A DNA stretch of 64,000 bases from Octopus vulgaris (taxonomy: Eukaryota), in NCBI GenBank assembly GCA_951406725.2, contig OX597816.1:107446001-107510000 (forward strand). Reading direction: 5' to 3'. Each line of letters starts with the position of its first letter. Position 1 is the stretch's first letter. The position numbers were made by a program, and so were the translations under genes. Under the pieces are notes generated by a model, which searched no databases, was not told the DNA's origin, and saw only the letters and a program-made list of their open reading frames with translations. Below are positions 50,600 through 64,000 of the stretch, piece by piece.

Positions 50600-51570
50600 C
50601 AGAGTAAACATGGTCACCTCGCTCGTATCGTGCACCAACAAGAATAGGAATCAGTGATTCGATCTCTCTGGTCTAAAGGTCTGTGTCAGGGGCTGTAATT
50701 CATTGCGGGTTTTCAGAACAATACGGGGCCTGCGACACAGAAGTGTATATGAGTGGATCGAGAAGTTTTAAAATGGTGAGACGAGCGTGAAGCACGAACG
50801 CGAGTTTTAAAATGGTCCAGATAAGTGTGAAGCACAACTGACGTGATGACTCCACAAGCTCGGGAAATGGCTCAGGTGAACCGACAAGTAACCGTCGAGG
50901 AAGTGGTATGTTTTCTGCAAATTAGTTATGGTTCTACATACGAAGTCATCCTCGACAAGCTTCGCTTCCATAAAGTCTGTGCGGATGGGTACCAAGAAAT
51001 CTTACTGAAACGCATAAGCACAATCATAAAGAGATCTGTTAACCCTTACTCAATCGCTACGATGAAGGTGAAGCTATTTGGACAGAATAATCACACAAGA
51101 TGAGCCAGAATCTGAAAGGCAGAATATGGAGTAGAGACACCCGGAATTGCCAGCGAAAGAGAAACTCACGACTGAACCTTCCGCAGAAAAAATGATGCCA
51201 ACCGATGTTTGGAACGCAAAAGGGCCTATATTGGTACATTACCTGGAAAAGGGATCTATAGACACCCAGTATAGGCTAGAGTAAAATGCTGGCCAACAAC
51301 CTGAAGCCAGCAATCAACATCTCAACGCCGACATCTATTGTCAAAAGAAGTGTTATTGATGCTTGACAATACACGCCCACATACGTCCACCCAACATCGT
51401 TGAAAATAAGGAAAAATGCGTTTTGTTTTACTGGAATACTCTGTATTCAGTCCAGGTCCTCTGCCTTACGATAATCACCTCTTTGAACCACTCAAGCATT
51501 TATTACGGGGTCATTGATTGGCTACGGACGAAGGAGTGCAGGAAGCGGTGCATGAATAGCTGCGCTACAC
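50600..51570 (+). mobile_element. Degraded mariner transposase
   Basis: SVIRSLWSKG, VYEWIEK, NRQVTVEEV...ISYGS..ILDKLRFHKVCA and DN.RPH remnants. Confidence 0.8.
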
Positions 51571-52028
51571 TTGTGTTTGTGTGTGTGTGTGTGTATATAT
51601 ATGTATGTGTATCTGTATATTTATATATACATATCTTTGTGTGTGTCTATATATATATATATACATGTATGTACGTATGCATGTATGCATGTTGAAAGAT
51701 AAATTTTTGCAGATTATGTATATACATGCAAGTGTTGGAATTTAACATCCTGTTATTAAGTCTTTAATTACTGTGGATAATATAATATAATATAATATAA
51801 TATAATATAATATAATATACCGCCATGTTGATTCGTTAGCTCCTGCACGCATTTTTTTCTCTCCTTGTTTCTCTCCGTGTTTCTTTTCTTTGTATCTTTC
51901 TGTTGAAGAGCGTAGGCTCGAAACGTAAAAGACTTGTTTTATATCTATTCCTGAGCGCCATACTAATACAATTGTTTGTTTGTACTCCACCTGCCTTCGT
52001 CTTTTGTTTATTTTCGTAAAGCTTCCTG

Positions 52029-52088
<60 letters not shown>

Positions 52089-52134
52089 TCGTGTGTATAT
52101 GTGTGCATGTGTGTGTGTATGCATATATGTATAT

Positions 52135-52553
52135 TAGGTGTTCGGGCGAAATGTGATGATTTTTATATGGTTGTCTGAGAATTTCTTTGACTTCCCCAGC
52201 CTTAATTTCTGACCTCCTAATCCCTCCACCCCGATTGTAATCCCCTGGATTACTATGCATGAGGCGCTTTTGAGAAAGACACCAACCGATCTGCTTGCAA
52301 CACAAAGGCCGAGCTGGTGGCCAAGATCAAAGAGGTGTTCGAAGATATTCCCAGGAACACACGCCATGTTCCCGAGCCGTCTTGAGGCCGTGGTGGAAGC
52401 TGAGGATGGCTACATTGAGTAAATTGTTATCTCTCACCCATAACCTAGTTGATATTTTTTGATGTTTTTTGAAATAATTTTATTTTTGGATGGGATAACG
52501 TGTTTGCATTCCTTTCTTTTTATGCAAACTGTCAAGTTGAGACCGAACACCTG
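52135..52553 (+). mobile_element. Tc1/mariner (maT-like) deletion derivative
   Basis: TIR AGGTGTTCGG / CCGAACACCT with an internal PPN..PDCNPLDYY remnant. Confidence 0.65.
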
Positions 52554-52960
52554 TGTGTGTGTGTGTGTGTATGTGTATGCATGAAAACGTACGCGCATCT
52601 GTGTAGAGCGCGCGCGTGTACACGTGCACAAATATATATATTACAGATAGTTAATTATGTTACGAACTTCGTCAATTGAAGAAGGTAAGCATGTCGCAGT
52701 GTACCGGTTTTACATTTATAATCTTTGTGCTGTATCAGGTGGATTAATTAAATTTGGTGGGTGACATGGCCGGATGTAGGGAGCGTAGAAATTATAGTGA
52801 TGGTAGTCTGGTGAGATGAGGATGATGATGATGATGGTTATGATCCTGATGAGTACAGTGTTGACTGATGACGATGACGATGACGATTTTGAATAGGGGT
52901 CTGTGGATAATAATTTCCGTTTTAAATAATGACTTTGGTAGAATTATAATGATAATAATG

Positions 52961-53037
<77 letters not shown>

Positions 53038-53229
53038 TGCTTCTTAATTATGTTCACGAAACATACTATACAATAATCGTTAAATAGGAGACTTACAAAG
53101 ACGTGAAAAGTAATAAATTAGAGGGTGCATCAAAGACAAGTTTAACCTTTATAGAAAGCCTTCAAATAATTATACAGGATTTTAATTTTAAAAAAAACAT
53201 ACTCAATAATTACAATCGCATTTACCAGG

Positions 53230-54090
53230 AAACTTTCACAGCCCCAGTATTACGCATCTTCTCTACAATACCTCGCCATATTTGCATAGTGCCTTTTAAG
53301 GCTAGAAAAACCCAGAGCCGTCCGTAAGGAGATCTTGTGTAAGAGCAGACGAATAAGAGCTAAAGTCCTGTGTATAGTTGACAGGTAACACTTTGCAAAT
53401 ACTCTCGGCAATTTTACTAACATCGGTCTTATGTTTTTGTAGGATTCCATCCTCTCCTCCTCTTCCAGAGAATGCTCGTGCCTTTCATGTGTTCTTGGTT
53501 AGCTTTCCGAAAGTGAAGTCCATTTCACTCGGGGAGGAGTTGGTCCTTCATCACAGAAGATAAGCTGTTTTTCACTGGAGATAGACTCCTTCACGCCAGA
53601 GAAGTGTTCTACTTCCTCAAAGACGTGATCTTTTATCTTAAAAGACGAATTCATTCTCACCAAAGAGGGTCTTTCTTCACGGTAGATATATTACTCCAAT
53701 TACTTTTTGAAAGATTTTTGATTTTTGTTTTTCCTTTTTCGCCATCCTCCACCAGGTTCCTCACACATGGATGAAGCACTACTACTCTTGAGAAGGATTA
53801 TTTTGTAGTTCACTTTCCGCAGCTGTCGTTGCTGATGTGGATCACTCCTCTGTGTCTCTGCATTATCATTGTCGGTTGTTCGCGGAGTTACTAGGTTCCT
53901 TGTTCAAACTTCTGAAAATAAATACGAGTTCCAGAGAACCGACGTTCTGGAAGGGGTGTGTGTAGGGCAGGAATTAAGGCAAAGCCCGTGGTTTGGATAC
54001 AAAAGTATGAGAATAGGCGAGTCGAGTAGATCTGGAATATTTAATCAGAAGTTGTATGATCCCAGTCAGTTGTGAGGAGCAGAGGACATT
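53230..54090 (-). mobile_element. Highly degraded LINE relic (APE/RT, I-group-like)
   Basis: Scattered motifs LDSPILIL, GEDGI and WRGIVEKMRNTG on the minus strand. Confidence 0.4.
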
Positions 54091-54097
54091 ATCCTAC

Positions 54098-54155
<58 letters not shown>

Positions 54156-54855
54156 AGAGAAAAAGAGAAAGAGGACAATGCATCATTAGACCAGAGACTA
54201 GAGAGTGTTTGTGAGTGGCTTTCTCCCATGTAGTCGGATAGACCTTTTTCTGGAAGTAACCGAGAATATCAAGCCGACATCAAGACAAGTGCATTTGAGC
54301 AACCTAGTTTTACTATTAAGATATTTAGCAGAGAAAAAGCGTGAATGACCACTTATCAAGTTTTAGAAGAAGGAGTAATGTGGTCTTTTGAAGGTCTTTG
54401 TAAATCTCGCTCAAAATGACCACGTTTTTGTAGTCTCACGTCGCGTAGGAACCTTTCGTTAAAGTTTTTATAGATTTCTGGTATAATAAGGCTTAATAAG
54501 ACATGTCATATTAGTTATGTGGATGGGTTCACCCATCACCTCTTATGTTTGTAAGATTTCATTACGCCTTGCACATTCCATCACACCATTGTAGTCCAAA
54601 AGGAAAACGGTGTTGAATTATGTGTTGAATCATAGACTCTCCCGTCGAAGAAGATGTATGAGCGTTCATCTTTTGCTGAACGACCCGCACAAATGATTTG
54701 TTTATAGCCATCAAATGTTTGTGCCGCATATTAGTTCACCCTCTGCATCAAATCGACGTTGCCTGAACAGGTGCACCGTGTACCACGCGTCAGGTGTCGA
54801 AGTGACCGCAGAACAACACGAGATTAAATATTTTGCTCAAGAACACAGCGCACCA

Positions 54856-55392
54856 CCCGGTCTAGGAATTGAAACTAAGATCTCACGATCGTGAGTGTAA
54901 CTCCCTAACCAATAAGCTTTAAAATAATGGGGACAGGGCTAGCCGGTTACATCGATTCCAGTGCGTAAGTGGTAATTTTTTGATCTACCCCAAAAGGATG
55001 ACTGTCAAAATCTACCTCGGTGGATTTTCAACTCAGAATGTAACGACAGATGAAATGCTGCTAAGCATTATGTCCAGAATGCTAACATCGACTTACCCCT
55101 TCTCTGAAATTGCTGGCCTTGTGCAAAAATTTGAAACCATTATTATAAAGCTGGCAGAATCGTTAGCATTCTGGACATAATGCTTAGCAGCATTTCATCT
55201 GTCGTTACATTCTGAGTTGAAAATCCACCGAGGTAGATTTTGACCGTCATCCTTTTGGGATCGATCAAAAAATTACCACTTACGCACTGGAATCGATGTA
55301 ACCGGCTAGCCCTGTCCCCATTATTTTAAAGCTTATTGGTTAGGGAGTTACACTCACGATCGTGAGATCTTAGTTTCAATTCCTAGACCGGG
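54856..55392. repeat. Near-perfect inverted duplication of SINE sequence (arms about 231 bp, 75-bp spacer)
   Basis: 54856-55086 is the reverse complement of 55162-55392, with only a few mismatches. Confidence 0.9.
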
Positions 55393-55394
55393 AA

Positions 55395-55980
55395 TCGACC
55401 CCCACTCCAGTGCTCTGCTGGTACTTATTTTATCGAGCTTAAAAGGGATGAAAAGCAAAGTCAATCTCAGCAGAATTTGAACTCAGAACGTAAAGACGGA
55501 CGAAATGCCGCTAGGCTCACCACCTTGCAATCATAATAATAATCCTTTCTACTAAAGGTACAAGGCCTGAAATTTTGAGGGAGGAGACCAGTTGATTGTA
55601 TCGATCCAAGTGTTTAACCGGTACCTAATTTATCCATCCCAAAAGGAAAAAGACAAAGTCAACACTGGCGGATTTTGAACTCAGAACATTAAGACGGATG
55701 AAATGCTGCTACGTATTTTGTCTGGCGTGCTAACGATTCTGCCAGCTCATTATTATTATTATCATTAATGATAATAATAATAATGATAATAATAAGTTTT
55801 GTGAGGAGGAGACTAGTCGATTACAGAGACGCCAGTGTTTCACTGCTACTAAATTTATCGACTCCGAAAGGATGAATGGCAACATCCACCTCGGCAGAAT
55901 TTGAACTCAGAACGTAGCGTCAGACGAAATACTGCTGAGCATTTCGTCCGGCGTGCTAGCGGTTCTGTCAGCTCATCGCC

Positions 55981-55985
<5 letters not shown>
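55395..55985 (-). repeat. Cluster of three further tRNA-SINE copies
   Basis: Repeated plus-strand GGATGAA..GCAA..TC.ACCTCGGC.GAATTTGAACTCAGAACG, separated by (AAT)n. Confidence 0.75.
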
Positions 55986-56047
<62 letters not shown>

Positions 56048-56386
56048 CAACAACAATAACCATAGTAATTTCTTTTCTTTGTCACAAGGGTATAGATGAG
56101 TTGGACTTCAGACAGACAGTCTACAAGTTGTGTGGAGGTCTACATAAAAGATGAAGAGAAAGAAAGGGGGAGAGAAGAGGATGAAATGAAGTAAAAGTTT
56201 ACATAGTATACAGAGTTAGTGATAACAGGACGCAGTCCTCATGATAGAGGAGAAACTATAACTAGGGCCAATCTAGCAAATTCCACAGATCCAAGATTAC
56301 TCCGATCACCAAAGGCATGAACCCTCGCACAACTGCTGTTCTCCAGCATGCTTAGAGTAGGTCCCCCCACCCTCGCCAAATATATA

Positions 56387-56908
56387 CCATAAATCTTCGA
56401 GTATAGTCCGCCCTTGAGTATAATACGCAGGGGATTTTCAGGGGCTGTGCCTCTGAAAAACCTAAACCTTGTGTATAATACGTACTCCTCTAACTTGAGT
56501 CGTGCTTATTTAAACCAGCAGCACCTAGTCGAACAAACACTTCCATGCATGCGTAATACAATAATGGTGATGTTCTCAACTGTTATCTGGGAATGTAAAT
56601 ATGTTTGCAAATTGTTTTTGTTATATGTTATTCTGTGTTCTGAATACTTTTATTTTAATAAATGTTGCTTACTGCAACATGATTATGGATGATCCTTTTA
56701 TGACTTCATTGCTTTCAGGCTTAGCTGAAGGTATTTTCGCGCCCGCCATCACAAAATGCGTCTGAATAAACATTACCGGATAGCAAATAGAGACTCAGAC
56801 ATTGCTTAGAAAATATTTTTCATTTTTAATCTCGTATATAGTACGCACTAGGGATTTTGATCTTTAAATTTTGGAAAAAAAATGCGGATTATACTCGAGG
56901 ATTTACGG
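56387..56908. mobile_element. Tc1/mariner-pogo-type MITE
   Basis: TA|CCATAAATCTTCGAGTATAGTCCGC ... GCGGATTATACTCGAGGATTTACGG|TA. Confidence 0.8.
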
Positions 56909-57429
56909 TACTACAGTCACCTGTGAAATTCACTGGGAGGTTTCACTTCCAAATAATAATGCTTTTTGATAATCGATTTAAGTGGACTCCCTATAATTGA
57001 TTGAAAACCTATTCTACCGATCACGGCATTATAAAGATGGTGTTGATGATGATAGTGGTGGTGGGGGTGAGGGGTGTTGAGTCTGACAGATTTGACTGAT
57101 AAACTGTCAGCACAATAAACAGAGCGGATTCGGTTCCATTAAACGAAAAAGAAAAAAAAAACAAAAATGCAAGACCTTTGTGAAATCAAAGATTAATTTT
57201 CACCTCCCTCCCAGCTTTGAACAAAGGTGCGTGCGTGCGTGTGTGAGTGTGTGTGTCAGAGTCCACATGTGTATGTGAATGTATGTATGGGCATATATGT
57301 ATTAAGTATATGTATATATATATATATCCTCATACGCACAATATACATACACAAATATATCCATATATCTATACATATGCATACACATACATATATGTAC
57401 TGAATGTATTACACACGTACATACACACG

Positions 57430-57534
<105 letters not shown>

Positions 57535-57675
57535 GTGTGTGTGTGTGAGTGTGTGTATGTATGTATATGCGCGGTTTCTTGTTTAAACCTATGCATGAGT
57601 ATATGCTTATATACCAAAATATTTGTATACATACACATGTACATATATTCATACACGTATACATATATATGTATT

Positions 57676-57724
<49 letters not shown>

Positions 57725-58951
57725 TCATACATACATACACACGCACACAGATATATAGGTATATATATATACATGCAAAATATATTTACATGTATGTATA
57801 CACATACATATACATACACATTCAAATATATATATACATATATATATGATCCACTTCTGCAGAAAGACCACGGATCTTTTCATCTGTACACCGTCAACTG
57901 CGCAAGCTTGGAATTCTTTTCAACGAAATTTTAAGTTTAATTAGTTTCCGACAGAATTTCAAACCGACAAACAATATTAGAATATTATAGTTTTTTTCTT
58001 TAAATTCCTATTTTCTATCTCTGATCTTACAATTTTGCTGATAACGAGGGGCACGTTTGTCAGAATTTCCGGTCCTATATTGGCTTCATATATATAGTAT
58101 ACTTTAGTGTTATAAGTTAATAGTAATGAACAATATTAACAACAAAGGCAAGTTGCATCTAATATAAAGTGAAATAATGAATCAAATGGAAGAAAAGGTG
58201 GAATGATATTAAGAAAGGAAGATATATGTACCATCATACACGTCTTATGTGCATTATTTGAGGATCTAATTTTTGTGCCGAATGTGGAATATGGTTTATG
58301 AAGCTGGAAAATGAGGGGAAACGTAATTTTTAAAATAATATTATCAAAATAATTATAAAAATACCATGTAACTATTCATTACGAAATGATATATTTACCT
58401 ATTTATTTGCCGAAGATTTAAACTTTTACAGATTACAAAATGGATAGATATACATACTGATAAAGATATTACAATATCAGTATATATGCACATACACACA
58501 CACACATACATACATCATACATACATATACACATAGACACGCGCACACAGACACAATTACGCACATCTATGTAAATCTGGATAGAACAAACACCTCCAGT
58601 CTCTCTCTCTCTCACACACACACACACATATATATACACATGTACATATACACACATATATAACATACGTTTAACTTGTTTAATAAGGTATATAGATAAT
58701 GAAATAAATAGCTCGATAGCAAGGTAGATTGTTAGATAGGTAGCTAGATAATGAGATAAATTGATAATTAGTTAGACAGGTAGCTAGCTATAGCTAGATG
58801 GATGGGAATGGAGTAGGGAGGTTTAAACGACAAAATTGTACAGGAAGTTACAATCTATCGTAGTTTTGCTGATAACGAGGGGCACGTTTGTCAGAATTTC
58901 CGGTCCTATATTGGCTTCAACAGAACTTCTATTAACAAAAATAAGACGAAG

Positions 58952-59020
<69 letters not shown>

Positions 59021-59102
59021 TGAGAGAGAGAGAGTGAGAGAGAGGGAGAGAGAAAATAGAAGGGAAAGCAAAAGAAGATACGGAGAAGAAATAATAGTCA
59101 AG

Positions 59103-59198
59103 ATGCCACTAACTAAGAAAATTCGATACAATTTAAGAATACACAATGAATTGGTCAGGGAAATGTTAGCCGAATTCCTTGGAACCTTCGTGCTTGGT
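59103..59198 (+). CDS. Aquaglyceroporin (MIP family, AQP3/7/9/10-like), first coding exon
   Basis: MPLTKKIRYNLRIHNELVREMLAEFLGTFVLG contains the MIP TM1 AEFLGT motif. It ends at a phase-0 GTAAGT donor (59199), matching the usual first-intron position of aquaglyceroporins. No later exons were recognised in the window. Confidence 0.85.
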
Positions 59199-59254
59199 GT
59201 AAGTAGAATTTTTTTTTTAAATGTGTTCATTATATAAAATCATTTGTGTGTGTA

Positions 59255-59307
<53 letters not shown>

Positions 59308-59671
59308 GTGTGTATGTATATCTATATATATGTATATATTTTTGGAACAGTGGGACTCGAAGCACTTACAAAGCTATAAATAATAGTGGGCAAATGGTGG
59401 GTTGGAAAACCGTTTTTGAATTGAAACGTCGAAGGCTTCTATCCAAAGCGGTTTTCAACTCATGTACAAGCTATTATTTATAGCTTTATATGTGCTTCGA
59501 GATTCACAGTTTCAAAGAAAAATATTTTCATTGTTCTCTCAAAAGTTCATAAATTCTTATGAGGTCAACACATACATATATCTGCGGGTGTGTGAGTATA
59601 TGTGCTTTGTATGTGCTTTATGTGTGGTTTGTATGTATATGCGTAGAGATATACATACATACATAAATATA

Positions 59672-59736
<65 letters not shown>

Positions 59737-60766
59737 ATATATATATAAGTTTCATATTTGATGTCTGTGTGTGTGTGAGTGTTTGTGTGTGCATGTCCGT
59801 ATGTGTTTAATTTAAATTTTAATTATTCTGTTCCTGGTTCTAATCATACTGGCTTTCCAAGGTTGTGCTCAATTGTATTGGATCTAGTATTTATTTTATA
59901 TTGTTATCGAGAAATGTGAAGTTGACACATATGACGGGCTTCTTTCAGTTTCTGTCGACTAAATCCACTCGCAAGGCTTTGGTCAGCTCGGGGCTATAGT
60001 AGAAGACACTTGCTCTATCGAAAATGGGTTTTCAACCTAATAATTACATTTTATAGCTATATGTGCTTCGAGATCCACTGTTCCAAAAACGAAAATTATT
60101 TCACGTTTTCTCGAAAGTTTATAAATTCGCATGACGTCACTCGAAAGGATGAAAGGCAAAGTTAACCTCGGCGGCATTTTGGACTCTGAACATAAAGACA
60201 GACGAAATGCTGCAGCATTTTATTGATTTCTAGAGTGCTAGTTAAGAAAGCTTTATAGGAAACTTCTTTTCAAGATTGTTTAAGACTCATCTTCTTTGCA
60301 GATGAGACTCAAAAACCTGTCTGGTGGAAAAATAAAGGGAAAAGTGTCAGAGAAAGCCTCGAAAGGACTATGGAAACAATTTTCCCCCCTCAATTATCGT
60401 TTTATAAACTTCAAATATTACTTGAATAGAAAGTTAGTGGCTGGTAGAAACACGGCATTTCGTTATGCAACCATAATATACAATAAAGTATATTAAATAT
60501 TTTTATAAGTCAATACTGTGTTCTGCTGTGTTAGCAGTGCGATTTACATCACTTGTTAAGGTTATCGTATCGCTACAGATACTCTATAGAAATTATAGTT
60601 AGCATGTAACAAAATTAGTGCTGTCTATAATTTCTATAGAATGTTTGTAGAGATAATCTTGACAAGTTTTGAATAGAAAGGTGAGGGTAGAGAAGTGGTA
60701 AAATCCAGTAAATTTGCTGAAAACTTTAGGTTACTGAGACTGCTTTGAACAAGGCAGCTACAGCCA

Positions 60767-61327
60767 GTAGAACATATTTGGGAGATGGTGCTTACGTACT
60801 CTGGAAAATTTGTATTATATCGGGTCCCCTGATTGTTCCTATTGTATATATATGCTCTCCTTTTAGCCATGCATCTTTCTCTCCCTTTTTCCCACCGGTT
60901 GCGTAGTTGACCGGTCGTCAATTCTCTGTGTCCCACTGTCTTGCTACTTGTTATTTTCTAATCCTTCAGGATGCTTTCTAAGCGTTACCCACCGTTTTTG
61001 TCTTTTTGGCCCTAAGGCTATATTTTACTCGTTTCTTGTGTGTTTCGTCTCTGTCCATCATCTTAAATTACATTTATTCACCTTCGTATGTCCACACTAT
61101 TGTTTTGTTTGCTCTCAGCCCTATATTTCCGCAACATTCGCGGGCACCGCCAGCATTGGAAGTTCTCAGTCATATCATTGAAGGTGCGAAACTGGGCAAT
61201 ATCATCTGGCTGATAACTGATGAAGAATTAGGGACCCTCTGCTTCTGTCTCCCGCCCCGTTGTACACTCAGTATACGTTGTACGTTTTTTACCAGTGGTT
61301 TGTTTACTTACAATACATTTTTCATTT

Positions 61328-61379
<52 letters not shown>

Positions 61380-61912
61380 GTATATAAACAGCACAGCGAA
61401 CATCAGACAAACTGAATTAAATCTAAACATTAGAAAGCCTTGGCTGGGAAATAATATATAATTATAATTGCAATTTTATAAAGTAATTAAGAATGCAAAT
61501 ATATTCCCTCTAAGCCATTGGATTGCGACAACAACGATGTAGTAGAGGCTGTTTTTTTTTAAGTATTCTTATAATCGGAAATTCATAAAATTCTAGTTTT
61601 ACCATTACCAGAATCTATTTTAGATTAATAAAGTCTTTCTGCAGAGAAGTTTCTCTCTTCTCTCTGCGAGGTGCATATTTTTGTTCTTTCTACTAAGACA
61701 GATGCATGGCTAAAAGGAGAGCATATATATACAATAGGAACAATCAGGGGACCCGATATAATACAAATTTCCCAGAGTACGTAAGCACCATCTCCCAAAT
61801 ATGTTCTACTGAGAACTTTCCATGCTGGTGTTGCCCGCGAAGGTTGTAGAGAATATAGGGCCGAGAGCAAACAAAATAATAGAGTGGACATACGAAGGTG
61901 AATAAACGTAAT
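60767..61912. repeat. Inverted pair of an unclassified repeat in the putative intron 1
   Basis: About 60767-60875 and 61067-61130 match the reverse complement of about 61700-61810 and 61850-61912. Confidence 0.75.
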
Positions 61913-64000
61913 TTATATATCAGATTACTTTGTTTCCTATCAATGTTTCCTATCGTACTCGAATTAGTTCGTCAACCATTTTTAAACTTTCCATGTAATG
62001 TTCCCCGTGTGTCACCCTTGTAGCTCATTCTGCCAATTCACTGACTTCAACGTATTTCATAACTATAACTGATCCACCTTCAAGACTGACAATGTTGCTT
62101 CTACAATAGTATATAGATACAATCCTAATAACGACCGACTATGCAGCAGCAATGGCTACTGTATAACGAGTATCTTAATAACATAAAACAGTTTGCAGAT
62201 CGTACATGATTTTTATGAATGTACTGTAGTTATAGAACTGTAAGTAGCAACATTAAACTCAATGACGTAGAACATGGATATAAGAAAGAGTATTTTCTTC
62301 TGTAAAACACATTAAGTCGAAATATAAAATCCGTTTATTGTCATGAATCCAAAGTACTAGTTTTTCAAAGCTCATGAGACTAATAGTTTGAAGGTATATT
62401 TAATTTAGATATACAATTAAATGATGTCTTATGTTTAAACATTTAATACAATATATAATAATGTTTTAAAATTTCGTAACATAAGCAGAAGCACTCAAAT
62501 TTTAGAGGAGGATATAGACGATAGTGATTCTGAATAGTATCTTATTTTATCAACCCCAGATGACTAAAAGACAAAGCCGGCTCTGGTTGGGTTTCAAACC
62601 AGAACGTAATTGGCGGTAACTGAATACGACGTCGTTTTGTCTAACGCTGTAACATTTCTGTCAATCCGCAAAATATTGATTTTCAATATTGGAAAGCAAG
62701 GTGGCGAGCTGAATCGTTATCACGCTTAGTATCATTTTTTTCCGTTTCTACGTTCTGAATGCAAATTCCGCTGAGATCGACTTGGTGCCTGTGAGGATGG
62801 TGGTGTTAGAGAGTTAGGGGCAAGTGCAGCAGCGTGTACGGGAGCAGGGGAGCGAGCCAGGCTGGAGAAATGGGGTTCAGGAAGAAACTGTGGACCAGGA
62901 GGACATGTAGGTTGTGGGCTCATTTGAAGGTAGGAAGGGGTAGGCTGGAGAAGATGTGCGAGGTGGAGGGGTTGTTTTATAGATCCCTTCAAGATCTATA
63001 AAACAAGTACCAGTTAAGCATTGAGGTCGATATAGTCAACTTACCTATTTCCCCGAAATTACTGGCCTTGTACCGAAATTTGAAATCAATACTGGAAGAA
63101 CACACATTTAGAGGAAAGGTTAGTACTTCAATTCGGCTGCAATACTTGGCTGGTACCTTATTTTATCCACTGCAAATTTCACGTCTGTAAAATTTGAACT
63201 CGAACCGCATGAGACTAATTCATATTGGCAAATGCTGAAGACAAAAAATTTAAGCTCTTGGACAATCCACTTCTCATTACTTTGACCTCTGTTATTTGAG
63301 ACAAACCAACGAAAGAGTTTCAGTATGGTGGTCATACGACCTACAATAAATGGTAGCCAAATATACTCGCATCCTACATTGCAATTTTGGAAAAGGAAAT
63401 ACATATGGGTAACCTGTTCTTAGATGCATAATTTCTGAAAATATGTTAGGTTAGCCGCTGCTGGAATGTCTGTGAACATAAGTTTGATCATTAAGAGCCC
63501 CCATGAGGCTAAACGAAACCAAGGACAATACGGGTTATTATATGCTCTCAGAGCAAAAAAAGACAGTTATCTGTATTTCACACTCAAGAAAATTTGTAGG
63601 TGGCAAGAAATTTAGTTGCCACGAGGAATAGACTCCACTAACAACAAAGTGCCATTTCAACCCATCTATTACATCGATTACCCCTTCCTTTCTTAGACAC
63701 CCTCCTTCACTACCAACATCTTTCATTCATTGTCATATATTTTCTGCCTTTACTCTTTAACTTTTTCCAGTTAAGTTAATCCCTCCATTTTGTCCTCTCT
63801 ACTGGCTCATTACCGAATCATAATGAGTAAGAATTATTGCCCGAAACGTCAGATTTCCCCACTCTTCACGAAAATAAATTGTCATTCATAAATTATTCTG
63901 GATTTAATTGCTATTGTTGTTGATACACATGATCATCAGTTACTGCGGATCCGGATTTAAAGGGAGATACAGAAAAATTGATAGCTAGTTAATATACCGA

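Noticed and set aside
58836-59237. Whole 133-aa ORF as the aquaporin N-terminus
   Set aside because: The upstream part is a (GA)n tract and the end runs through the GTAAGT donor. Only 59103-59198 is supported.

Overview
AT-rich animal genomic DNA, most likely an octopus or other coleoid cephalopod. This is inferred from the SINE families and dense (TA)n/(CA)n microsatellites, not from a database search. The window has two sharply different halves. Positions 1 to about 28.7 kb are a near-continuous mosaic of retroelement pieces, almost all on the minus strand. They include many Tx1/L1-clade LINE copies (several ORF1-only), a CR1 LINE, Gypsy pieces, and an R2 element still attached to its upstream 28S rRNA target sequence. 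This half lacks the SINEs and long (TA)n/(CA)n microsatellites that fill the rest of the window and resembles a uni-strand, flamenco-like piRNA cluster or transposon trap. From about 29 to 64 kb the DNA is ordinary repeat-rich intergenic/intronic sequence: tRNA-SINEs, mariner relics, MITEs, RTE and R4/Dong LINE relics, and Penelope-type hammerhead ribozyme motifs. The only host-gene exon recognised is the first coding exon of an aquaglyceroporin at 59103-59198 (+). Boundaries of degraded elements are approximate.
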